Source: Promethearchaeia archaeon (GTDB lineage: Archaea; Asgardarchaeota; Lokiarchaeia; Sigyniarchaeales; SOKP01). From it: 13,073 nucleotides of DNA. The stretch covers positions 1 through 13,073 of the forward strand of contig JAHQWJ010000151.1 in assembly GCA_029856125.1 (NCBI GenBank), in the 5' to 3' direction. The notes beneath the pieces were generated by a model, which saw nothing but the letters and a program-made list of their open reading frames with translations, searched no databases and was not told the DNA's origin. Shown in pieces: positions 1 to 8,269 of the stretch (position 1 is the first letter of the stretch; each line of letters begins with the position of its first letter). The position numbers and the translations under genes are program-made.

Positions 1-16
1 TCCAATAAATTCTATA

Positions 17-1234
17 TTAACTTAATTGTTTCTTTTCTTTAATCAAATCGAGCATTATTTTTTTCAAATCTTTCAAAATATTTGGCCACATATAGTGCTT
101 CTTAATTAATTCGTAGCCTCGTAGACCGATATCTTTTAATTTTTCTTTTTCTTTTGTTAAATCTCTAATTTTTTCTACCAATTCTTTTTGGTTTTGAGCA
201 AAAATTACTCCATTATTTTTTCCTATTTCACGAACTACACTTGGTAGGCTAGTTGATAAAACAGGTTTTTTCATTGCCATATATTCCATTACTTTTACAG
301 GAGTAATGTCTTTTGTAACATCGTTAAGTTCAAAGCTCATCAGGCATAAATCTGCTAATTCAATATACTCTGTAACTTCGAAAAATGGAACTTTACCCGT
401 TAGAATTACCCAATCTGCGTTAATTTCTTTAATGTGGTTAATTAAACGGTTGTAGATTCCACCATCGCCAACGATTAAAAATTTAATATTTAATTTACCG
501 CTTTTTACATCAGCATTATAATAGTCAATAATTTCTTTTAATCCAGCAAAATCATATAGATACCCCATGTATAAAATTACAAAATCGTCGTCTTCTATTG
601 AAATATTAGATTTCAAAGTTCTAAGTTTTTCTCTATCTACAACAGTATTTTCGAGAGATATCCCATTTAAAAGGATGTGAACTTTCTCTATAGGAACGCC
701 TTCGTTTAAGACGTATTTTTGAAGCGGTTTAGTAACGACAATTACGCGATCTGAGTTTTTAAATAAAAATCGTGAAATTAACCTAGCAAAATATTGAGCG
801 TAAGGCACTAGAACGAGCGTGTGTAACAAATCTATATAGTAAAATATGTAAGGGATTCTAAATAGCTTCGCTAATAATAACCCTATAGCTCCGTTTGTTA
901 TTGAAAATCCTAGGATAATATCTGGTCGATTTCTTCTAAAAAATGCTAACGTCCCAAAAAAATTTGTTATTAGAGAAGATACTCTTCTTATATACGGCAC
1001 TTGAATGTGCGCTGTTCGAATTATAGTAACATTTGAATTTTCTACTGCTCGGTCTATGTTATTGTAAACAAATTTTTTTATAATTAACGATTTTAACCGT
1101 AATATTTTATCAATATCATAATCAAATACAGTAATTTTAAAATTAGGGTTCTTTGACAATCTTTCAAATATGTGATGTTGCGTGTGCGGTCCCCGAGTTA
1201 ACCAATCAGTTTCTTGCAATCCAAGAATATTCAT
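17..1234 (-). CDS. Glycosyltransferase family 4 (GT-B fold)
   Basis: 405-aa ORF. The N-terminal domain has RPDII and SDRVIVVT. The C-terminal domain has YMGYLYDFAG, FLIVGDG, LTGKVPFFEV and the GT4-typical ELADLCLM...PVKVMEYMAMKKPVLST. Confidence 0.93.
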   Translation of the reverse strand: MNILGLQETDWLTRGPHTQHHIFERLSKNPNFKITVFDYDIDKILRLKSLIIKKFVYNNIDRAVENSNVTIIRTAHIQVPYIRRVSSLITNFFGTLAFFRRNRPDIILGFSITNGAIGLLLAKLFRIPYIFYYIDLLHTLVLVPYAQYFARLISRFLFKNSDRVIVVTKPLQKYVLNEGVPIEKVHILLNGISLENTVVDREKLRTLKSNISIEDDDFVILYMGYLYDFAGLKEIIDYYNADVKSGKLNIKFLIVGDGGIYNRLINHIKEINADWVILTGKVPFFEVTEYIELADLCLMSFELNDVTKDITPVKVMEYMAMKKPVLSTSLPSVVREIGKNNGVIFAQNQKELVEKIRDLTKEKEKLKDIGLRGYELIKKHYMWPNILKDLKKIMLDLIKEKKQLS

Positions 1235-1471
1235 ATCTTAATCGAATCAAAATTAACTGTTAATTTATTAAAAAAATACAATTTATTTAAAAGTTAATAT
1301 CCTAGTCCCAATATATCAGTAAACTTCAAATTGATGTGTTAAGATTTCAAAGTTATTATTCTCACCAATTAAAAGATTTTTACATTAATTTTTATTTTTA
1401 AAATTATTAAATTGAAATAATTAGTATAAAATAATTTAGATAAAAAAGAATTTCTCGTAGGAAATCGAATT

Positions 1472-2860
1472 ATGACGCCAAATGTTTTACTTGTAGGTGG
1501 ACTCGGATATATTGGTAGTGTCTTATACGATATAATAAAGGAAGAAGGTTGGAATGTAGAAATATTAGATAACCATCTCTATAAGGAGTTAGAACCAACC
1601 AATGTATTTATAGAAGCTGATACCAGAAATAAAGAAGTTATCAAAAAGATAATTCAAAATCAGGATGTGGTAGTAAATTTAGCTGCTATTGTTGGTGATC
1701 CTGCTTGTTTGATTGATACAAATCTTGCTATTGATATAAATTGCATTGGAACCAGACATGTTGCAGAGATTTGTAACAAATACAACAAAAAAATTGTTCA
1801 CATCAGTACTTGTAGCATTTACGGAAGTGAACCAAATGTTATTGTAAGTGAGGAAAATGAAGGATTTCCAATTGATTTTTATGGCCAAACTAAGTATACT
1901 CAAGAAAGAATCGTTCGAGATATATGCAGCGAAGATTTCTGCATCCTTCGATTGGGAACCGCCTATGGTTTAAGTCCAAGAATGCGATATGATCTTGTTG
2001 TAAACACATTTGCAGCTCGGGCTGTAAAGTATAATAAGATAACCGTATTTGGAGGAGAACAAGAACGTCCGTTTGTTCATATAAGAGATATATCGAGAGC
2101 AATTGTTCATGTTATCAAGAATAAATTGAATGGAATTTATAACTTACGAGGAGAGAATTTAAGCCTACTAAAACTAAGTGAGATAGTAAAAGAGATTACT
2201 AACTGTCAAGTAGAAATCAATAAAAACATCAGTGATAAAAGGAGCTACATGGTAGATAGCTCTAAATTGCTGAAAACAGGATTTGAATTTAAATATACTA
2301 TTGCCTACGCTATTGAAGAAATTAAAAACTCACCAACTGCTCTTGAGATGCAGAAAGGGATATATTCCAATTTTAAATTAGCAGAGAGAGTCCATATAGC
2401 AAAAAATATTGGTATGAGAGATGTTCGGCTAATTCAGGGAGGGGTTGCGGTAGACGATCGAGGGTGTTTAACCTTTGCCAACGATTTTAATTTTTACGGA
2501 GTAAAGCGTTTTTATCAAGTGCAAAATTTTTCAACATCAACGATCCGAGCATTTCATGGGCATCTAAAAGAAGCTAAGTACGTTTATGTGGCAAAAGGCT
2601 CCGCTATAGTCGCAGCTGTAGAGTTAGACGATATTAAATCACCCTCTAAGAATAAAAAAATGAATCGTTTTATTTTATCTGATAAGAAACCCCAAGTCCT
2701 TTTTATTCCACCAAAATACGCAAATGGTTTTAGGCCATTGGAAGAAGACACAAGAGTTTTATTCTTTTCAACAAGTTCTTTGGAAGAAAGTAAAGGCGAT
2801 GATTATCGGTTTCCGGTTGATTATTGGGGAAAAGAAGTTTGGGAAATAGAAAATCGATAA
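1472..2860 (+). CDS. Fusion: extended-SDR NAD(P)-dependent nucleotide-sugar epimerase/reductase + C-terminal RmlC/FdtA-like cupin (3,5-epimerase/isomerase-like)
   Basis: Residues 1-~300 have GGLGYIG (Rossmann), NLAAIVG, STCSIYG, catalytic YGQTK and LRLGTAYGLSPRMRYDLVVN. From M315 (ATG at 2414) come DDRG, RAFHGH, VYVAKG and LFIPPKYANGF, typical of RmlC-like sugar cupins. Confidence 0.88.
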   Translation: MTPNVLLVGGLGYIGSVLYDIIKEEGWNVEILDNHLYKELEPTNVFIEADTRNKEVIKKIIQNQDVVVNLAAIVGDPACLIDTNLAIDINCIGTRHVAEICNKYNKKIVHISTCSIYGSEPNVIVSEENEGFPIDFYGQTKYTQERIVRDICSEDFCILRLGTAYGLSPRMRYDLVVNTFAARAVKYNKITVFGGEQERPFVHIRDISRAIVHVIKNKLNGIYNLRGENLSLLKLSEIVKEITNCQVEINKNISDKRSYMVDSSKLLKTGFEFKYTIAYAIEEIKNSPTALEMQKGIYSNFKLAERVHIAKNIGMRDVRLIQGGVAVDDRGCLTFANDFNFYGVKRFYQVQNFSTSTIRAFHGHLKEAKYVYVAKGSAIVAAVELDDIKSPSKNKKMNRFILSDKKPQVLFIPPKYANGFRPLEEDTRVLFFSTSSLEESKGDDYRFPVDYWGKEVWEIENR

Positions 2861-2884
2861 CTAATAAGGGCAAAGGTGCTAAGG

Positions 2885-3781
2885 ATGACTAATGTATTAA
2901 TTCTTGGTAGAAGTGGGATGCTGGGTTCAATGGTTTATCATTATTTTTCAAACTTTACTGATTTAAACATTTATGGAACTGTTAGAAAACCGGATTACTT
3001 ACAAGAAAATGACCTACTCTTTGATGCTTATAATTTTAAGCAACTAGAGGATAAAGTCTTTATCGATTTGAAAATCGATTATATCATTAATTGTATTGGT
3101 ATCACAAAACCATTTTCAAAAGACAACGATCCTGAAGGAGTTAAACGAGCAATAGCAATAAATTCAAAATTTCCTTGGCAGCTAGCTGAGTATGCAAGTA
3201 AACACGACATTAAAGTATTACAAATTGGAACTGATTGTGTATATTCTGGTAAAGGAGGGTTGTATGACGAAGACAGTCCACACGATCCCTTAGATGTGTA
3301 TGGAAAATCGAAAAGTTTAGGAGAAGTTTTTGATGGAACGGCGTTAATAATTAGATGCTCGATAATTGGTCCCGAAGCAAAAGATCAGAAATCATTTTTA
3401 TTAGAATGGTTTTTTAGCCAACCTCAAGGCGGTACAATTGGAGGTTATGAACATCATTTATGGAACGGAGTAACTACGCTTCAATTTGCTCAACTTTGTG
3501 AAAAAATTATTGTGTCTAATGGTTACAATGAGTTAATCGAGAAATCGTATGTTCATCATTTTACACCAAATACCATAGTAAACAAATACGAGTTAATGAC
3601 TATTTTCAATGAGATTTTTAAGAAAGAGCTAGTAATAAATCAAATTAATAAACCAGATGAAAAAGTTGATCGCACTTTAGTCTCAAAATATAACATTTTA
3701 GAAAAATACTACGAAAAGAAAGAAATGAAAGTAGTTATTGGCGAATTAAAGGAATATAATGATAACCGCATCAATGGATAA
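2885..3781 (+). CDS. RmlD-family (dTDP-4-dehydrorhamnose reductase-like; QnlA/WbvR-type) nucleotide-sugar 4-reductase
   Basis: GRSGMLG, INCIGITK, IGTDCVYSG, DVYGKSKSLGE and IRCSIIGPE. The track starts at GTG 2876, but that GTG lies inside an AGGTG SD (2874-2878) 6 nt upstream of ATG 2885, so 2885 is the preferred start. Confidence 0.88.
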   Translation: MTNVLILGRSGMLGSMVYHYFSNFTDLNIYGTVRKPDYLQENDLLFDAYNFKQLEDKVFIDLKIDYIINCIGITKPFSKDNDPEGVKRAIAINSKFPWQLAEYASKHDIKVLQIGTDCVYSGKGGLYDEDSPHDPLDVYGKSKSLGEVFDGTALIIRCSIIGPEAKDQKSFLLEWFFSQPQGGTIGGYEHHLWNGVTTLQFAQLCEKIIVSNGYNELIEKSYVHHFTPNTIVNKYELMTIFNEIFKKELVINQINKPDEKVDRTLVSKYNILEKYYEKKEMKVVIGELKEYNDNRING

Positions 3782-3801
3782 CAATAAATTTTACTTATAC
3801 T

Positions 3802-4872
3802 TTACCTACTAGAATTTTTTGAGAAATTCAGTGAATTTCCTATAAGAATATTACAAATTTTATCGGAAATATTTTTTCCATAATGAGTTACTGGCTCAAT
3901 TTTATGCGATAAAGCCATATCTGTTGCATCTAGCATTTGATCAACATCCATCCCACTGAGTGAATTCACTCCAAGTTCAATTAAGTCTATTCTTTCAGTA
4001 CTTTCTCTAATCGTGATACAAGGAGTACCAAATATAGCACATTCTTCTACGACGGTTCCACTATCAGTTAAAACTAGCTCAGCTTCTTTCTCCATTCCTA
4101 AAAATTCTAGAAATCCTTGAGGAGGAACGGGTAGAATACCCTCAGGAAATTCAAATCCGTATTTTTCCATAAATATCTTAGCTTTAGGCATTAGTATGAA
4201 TTTAATTTCAATGTTCTTTTTTTGATAGAGTTTCCCTAGGAATGCTAGAATCTTGTTTAAATTTTCTTTTATCTCTAAATTTTCCGCTCGATGGCACGTG
4301 ACCAAATAAAAGGGGTTGTCTTGGTGGAATCTTGGTTGCACGGCGTGAACTACCTCAATTATTGGGTTACCAACGACCCAACACCTACGAGGATTAATCC
4401 CCTCTCTTATCAAATTTTCTCTGTGCTCAGGTAAATAACATATGTTCATATCTGCTAACTGATCGATTACTACTCTATTCTTTTCTTCAGGCATTATCCA
4501 ATTCTTACTCCGCATCCCAGCCTCTATGTGGATTAGAGGAATATTTAATTTTGATGTTGCTAATGCGAATCCTAAGCTACTGTTATTATCACCTAAAACC
4601 ACAACAAAAAAGGGAGCTTCTTTAATCAAGACTTTTTCAAATTCGATCATTAACTTAGCTACTTGTGAAGCGTGGGTTCCACTTTTTATGTCAAGGTTAA
4701 AATCGGAAGGGCGGACCTCTAACTGCTCGTAAAAAATCTTATTTAAGTTATAATCGTAATGTTGACCACTGTCAACTATGATGTTATTAAAATGTTTATC
4801 TAACTTCTTTATAATTTGGGAAAGACGGATAATATCTGGTCTAATTCCGATACAAGTTATAATTTTCTTCAT
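3802..4872 (-). CDS. wecB: UDP-N-acetylglucosamine 2-epimerase family (non-hydrolysing), resembling the CapG/FnlC/WbjD subgroup
   Basis: GIRPDIIRL, SGQHYD, VLGDNNS, HIEAGMRS, PEEKNR, VGNP, TCHRAEN, TDSGTVVEE and RESTER are the family motifs. The symbol is family-level only. Confidence 0.93.
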   Translation of the reverse strand: MKKIITCIGIRPDIIRLSQIIKKLDKHFNNIIVDSGQHYDYNLNKIFYEQLEVRPSDFNLDIKSGTHASQVAKLMIEFEKVLIKEAPFFVVVLGDNNSSLGFALATSKLNIPLIHIEAGMRSKNWIMPEEKNRVVIDQLADMNICYLPEHRENLIREGINPRRCWVVGNPIIEVVHAVQPRFHQDNPFYLVTCHRAENLEIKENLNKILAFLGKLYQKKNIEIKFILMPKAKIFMEKYGFEFPEGILPVPPQGFLEFLGMEKEAELVLTDSGTVVEECAIFGTPCITIRESTERIDLIELGVNSLSGMDVDQMLDATDMALSHKIEPVTHYGKNISDKICNILIGNSLNFSKNSSR

Positions 4873-4943
4873 ATTATCTTAAAGGGTTTATGATATATAA
4901 TTTTATTATGTCTTTTTAACCATTCTAATTTCTTTTGTAATCG

Positions 4944-5810
4944 TTACCAAAGAAATCCCTTTATGGTCTTCCTTTTTTTCAATAAATTTAGATAAAATTT
5001 TTTGAGATAATAAATAAGTAAACAAGCGAAAATATTAAGCGTTAGTTTCCTTAATATTATTTTCGAATATCCATACTCACGGTTATAGAGCTTAATAGGG
5101 CATTCAAGAATTCGATATTCTGATAATTTTGCTTGAAGGATTTGCTCAGTACAGAATGCATAGCCTAGAAATTTTGCTTGATTAAAGAGAGGAATGAGTT
5201 TCTTGTCAAACGCGCGAAACCCATTTTGGTTATTCATAATTTTAATACCAAAGAAGAAATGAAGAAATTTCTCAATTAAAACTTCTCCTAGTCTCGTAGA
5301 TATGGGTAAATGGTAGTGATAAGTACCTAAATACCTTGAACCAATAGTATAATCTGCTTTTCCGTCAAAAATTGGTTTTATAAGATTAATAATATCAGAA
5401 GGGCTATGTTGTCCATCAGTATCCATACTTACGATGACGTCTCCAGTTGCGTATTGCATTCCCGTAATAATAGCGTTGCCGTATCCACTATTTGTGAGAT
5501 GACGGATTATTTTAAACTTACCATACCCCTCTACTTTTCTGATTTCGTTTAAGCTACTATCAGAAGAATGATCGTCTATAATGATGATCTCAATGCTTTT
5601 ATTCTTAGGAAGGTCTTCCAGTATTGACCGAATAGTTTTTTCTTCGTTATATAAAGGTAAAATAATAGATAACAAAACGGATTTTCCAGCGTTTTGGTGT
5701 TTCTTTAAATACTCATACATTTCTTGAAAATCTGAAGCATTTCTAGTAGATTTAGGTCGAGTGCTATTGATTGTTTCTTTATTTAAATTCACGCGATTTA
5801 ACAGCTTCAA
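4944..5810 (-). CDS. Glycosyltransferase family 2, DPM1-like (polyprenol/dolichol-phosphate glycosyltransferase-like), paralog A
   Basis: SIILPLYNEE, IIDDHSSD, NSGYGNA, DxD motif MDTDGQHSP, IGSRY, GFRAF and R-x-x-G-x-SK. TTG start, exact start uncertain. Confidence 0.9.
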   Translation of the reverse strand: MKLLNRVNLNKETINSTRPKSTRNASDFQEMYEYLKKHQNAGKSVLLSIILPLYNEEKTIRSILEDLPKNKSIEIIIIDDHSSDSSLNEIRKVEGYGKFKIIRHLTNSGYGNAIITGMQYATGDVIVSMDTDGQHSPSDIINLIKPIFDGKADYTIGSRYLGTYHYHLPISTRLGEVLIEKFLHFFFGIKIMNNQNGFRAFDKKLIPLFNQAKFLGYAFCTEQILQAKLSEYRILECPIKLYNREYGYSKIILRKLTLNIFACLLIYYLKKFYLNLLKKRKTIKGFLW

Positions 5811-5945
5811 ATTAAAACCTTAAGATCGTTTAGATTAAGTGATAGCAGAAAATACTACAAATGAGATAATAAGAAAAGAGTATAATACAATTTAAATTTA
5901 ATTATATCATTTTCGCTTAGGAATTCTGTATGTTCGTATTATTCC

Positions 5946-5988
5946 AGACTATCAATGCAAATTAGAATGAGGATTTCATTGATAGCCT
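5946..5988 (-). other. Intergenic inverted repeat / stem-loop between the two GT2 genes
   Basis: CTATCAATG (5949-5957) and CATTGATAG (5977-5985) are perfect reverse complements. On the minus-strand RNA the stem extends to 12 bp (one G-U), a 1-nt bulge and 4 more bp around a 10-nt loop. Confidence 0.5.
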
Positions 5989-6098
5989 TATGTATAGTGG
6001 AGAATCTTAATCAGATTAATGAATCAAAATACCTTTTAAAAGATTTAGTTTTGAAGGATAGGGTTTAAAGAATATAATAAAAGATGTTTTTACTAAAG

Positions 6099-7127
6099 TT
6101 ATGACATAAGTTTGGAACTACGTTCGACAAAGAACACAGGATTAATGGTATTTATATCTCGGGTATATCGCGCATAGGAAAAAATTTTAGGACCTTTAAC
6201 AGCTTTTTCGTAAATCTGAATCTGTCCTGTGCTTAATCTTTTAAAAATTGTTATATTTAATTTAACTAGAATATATTGAAGGATGCAAGAGAAGAGGTTC
6301 ACAGTTAATTTGGTTAAAATGATATTTGAGGTTCCATATTTTCGATCATAGACCTTAATAGGGCATTCCTTAATTCTAAAGCCTTTTATCGTAGCTCTGA
6401 TTATCTGCTCAGTACAAAAGGCATATCCTTCGTATTTGAAATCCTTAAAAATAGATAAGACCTTCCTATTAAAAGCTCTAAAACCATTTTGATTATTCAT
6501 TATTTTTTTACCAAAGAATATCTGAATCAGTTTTTCTATGAGTAATTCACCTAACCTAGTCGACACAGGGAGTTTATAAAAATAGGACCCTAAATATCGT
6601 GAGCCAATTGTGTAGTCAGCTTCGTTGTTAAAAATTGGTTTAACCATTTCTAAGAGATCGTATGGACTATGTTGTCCATCAGAATCCATAGTTACTAATA
6701 CTTTACCCAGTGCATTGTTTATTCCAGTAACAACAGCAGCTCCGTATCCACGGTTTTTGTCGTGTTTAATCACTTTAATTCCAGTATTATCATTAATTCT
6801 TTCAATTTCTTTTAAACTGTTGTCGTTTGAGTGATCATCTACGACAATTATCTCTATTGATTTTCCTCTTGGTAAGTTTCTTAAAACCTTCCCAATTGTT
6901 TGTTCCTCGTTATACATTGGTAAAATGATTGATAATAAAATCTGGTCACCTTCAAATTTAAACTGATTGATAAATTCATGCAAATCGAGAAATTTTTCTT
7001 CAATCTGATTAGAATCTTCTATGTTTTCCATTAAAGACGACGACCGAATTTTAGATTCTAAAGCTTTCAAAAAGGTTTCCTTAGTTTTTATTAGTATGAT
7101 TATACGATTTTTTTTGGCTAAGTTCAA
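6099..7127 (-). CDS. Glycosyltransferase family 2, DPM1-like, paralog B
   Basis: SIILPMYNEE, VVDDHSND, NRGYGAA, MDSDGQHSP, IGSRY and GFRAF. Aligns without gaps to paralog A. Start is TTG 7127 or the internal ATG at 7031. Confidence 0.9.
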   Translation of the reverse strand: MNLAKKNRIIILIKTKETFLKALESKIRSSSLMENIEDSNQIEEKFLDLHEFINQFKFEGDQILLSIILPMYNEEQTIGKVLRNLPRGKSIEIIVVDDHSNDNSLKEIERINDNTGIKVIKHDKNRGYGAAVVTGINNALGKVLVTMDSDGQHSPYDLLEMVKPIFNNEADYTIGSRYLGSYFYKLPVSTRLGELLIEKLIQIFFGKKIMNNQNGFRAFNRKVLSIFKDFKYEGYAFCTEQIIRATIKGFRIKECPIKVYDRKYGTSNIILTKLTVNLFSCILQYILVKLNITIFKRLSTGQIQIYEKAVKGPKIFSYARYTRDINTINPVFFVERSSKLMS

Positions 7128-7193
7128 TATTAATATGATAAATTATAAACTTATTTCAATTAAAATTTAGAAAAAGTATAAGCGGATTTCTAA

Positions 7194-8162
7194 TTAAACT
7201 ACAATTTCTGAGGTTTGCCATTTATATTGATTTGTTAGGCCTAGATCGATATTAATTTTTGGCGAAAATCCCAGTAATTTCCTCGCTTTGGATATATCAG
7301 AATGGGTAAGCTCAACATCTCCTTTTTGTTTTTCGATGTATCTTATTTTTTTCTGAACATTTGTTATTCTATACATTTTTTCGACAAGTTCGTTAACGTC
7401 TATTGGAGAAGAACCCCCTAAATTGAATACTTCTCCCTTTGCATTATCTTTCTCTCCTGCGAGGATTAGACCATCAATGATATCAGATATATAGGTAAAA
7501 TCTCTTTTCTGAGTTCCAGTGCCATAAATTAGTATTTCCTTATTCTGGTGCATTAAATTAAAGAATTTTCTTATTGCCATATCAGGACGCCCCCGAGGAC
7601 CGTATACAGTGTAAAATCTTAATGATGTAATGGGAAGATTATATTCCTTATAATATAAATCTGCATAGAGTTCTCCAGATAATTTAGTAACTGCGTATGG
7701 TGATATTGGATTTTTTGGATGCTCCTCGTCGACCGGAGCATATACGGGATTACCATAAACTGAAGAAGAGGATGAATAAATTATCTTTTGTATTGAGGGA
7801 ATTTTAATTGAGTATTCAAAAACATTAACAGTGCTTACTATATTGTTATAAGTTACTGCTGCTGAATTGTTTATAGAATATCTCACACCGGCTTGAGCAG
7901 CTAAATGAAAAACATAATCGATTTCGTCGATAATGTCAGCTAGAGTTGAAAATTTAACTAAATCCCCCTTAATTAACTTATAATCACTATTTTGGGAGTA
8001 CTCGCTCAAAATCTCCTTTAACTGTTTCTCTTTACCAGGGTAATAATCGTTAAAATTATCTACTAAGATAAGTAAATTATCGTGTTTCAAGAGCCTCTCG
8101 GTCAGAGACGAGCCTATAAAGCCCGCTGCTCCAGTTATCAGTATACATTTATTTTTAATCAT
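7194..8162 (-). CDS. NAD-dependent nucleotide-sugar 4-epimerase, UDP-glucuronate 4-epimerase-like
   Basis: TGAAGFIG, HLAAQAGVRYS, SSSSVYG, YAVTK, RFYTVYGPRGRPDMA and RDFTYISD. AQAGVRYS and GRPDMA are characteristic of the UDP-GlcA 4-epimerase-like SDR subgroup. Confidence 0.88.
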   Translation of the reverse strand: MIKNKCILITGAAGFIGSSLTERLLKHDNLLILVDNFNDYYPGKEKQLKEILSEYSQNSDYKLIKGDLVKFSTLADIIDEIDYVFHLAAQAGVRYSINNSAAVTYNNIVSTVNVFEYSIKIPSIQKIIYSSSSSVYGNPVYAPVDEEHPKNPISPYAVTKLSGELYADLYYKEYNLPITSLRFYTVYGPRGRPDMAIRKFFNLMHQNKEILIYGTGTQKRDFTYISDIIDGLILAGEKDNAKGEVFNLGGSSPIDVNELVEKMYRITNVQKKIRYIEKQKGDVELTHSDISKARKLLGFSPKINIDLGLTNQYKWQTSEIVV

Positions 8163-8269
8163 GTTATTATGAAAACTAGTCTTTAGTCATTATAAGAATT
8201 TTTCTTATTGGATTTTTTTTTAAGTTCTGTTAAAGTAGAGTAAAAAACAAACCTTTTGTTTAATGGTAA

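Noticed and set aside
1679-2102. Short minus-strand ORFs 1679-1903 and 1890-2102
   Set aside because: Antisense shadows inside the well-supported SDR-cupin gene, with no recognisable motifs.
2876-2884. GTG 2876 as start of the reductase
   Set aside because: The GTG is part of an AGGTG SD correctly spaced for ATG 2885, and the Rossmann strand begins right after that ATG.
5946-5988. Hairpin as a eukaryote-like SECIS (minus strand reads AUGA...AA...GA)
   Set aside because: Only 8 nt separate AA from GA, the required upper helix cannot form, and the flanking genes have no in-frame UGA.
4526-6834. Short plus-strand ORFs 4526-4732 and 6625-6834
   Set aside because: Antisense to the 2-epimerase and GT2 genes, with no independent evidence.
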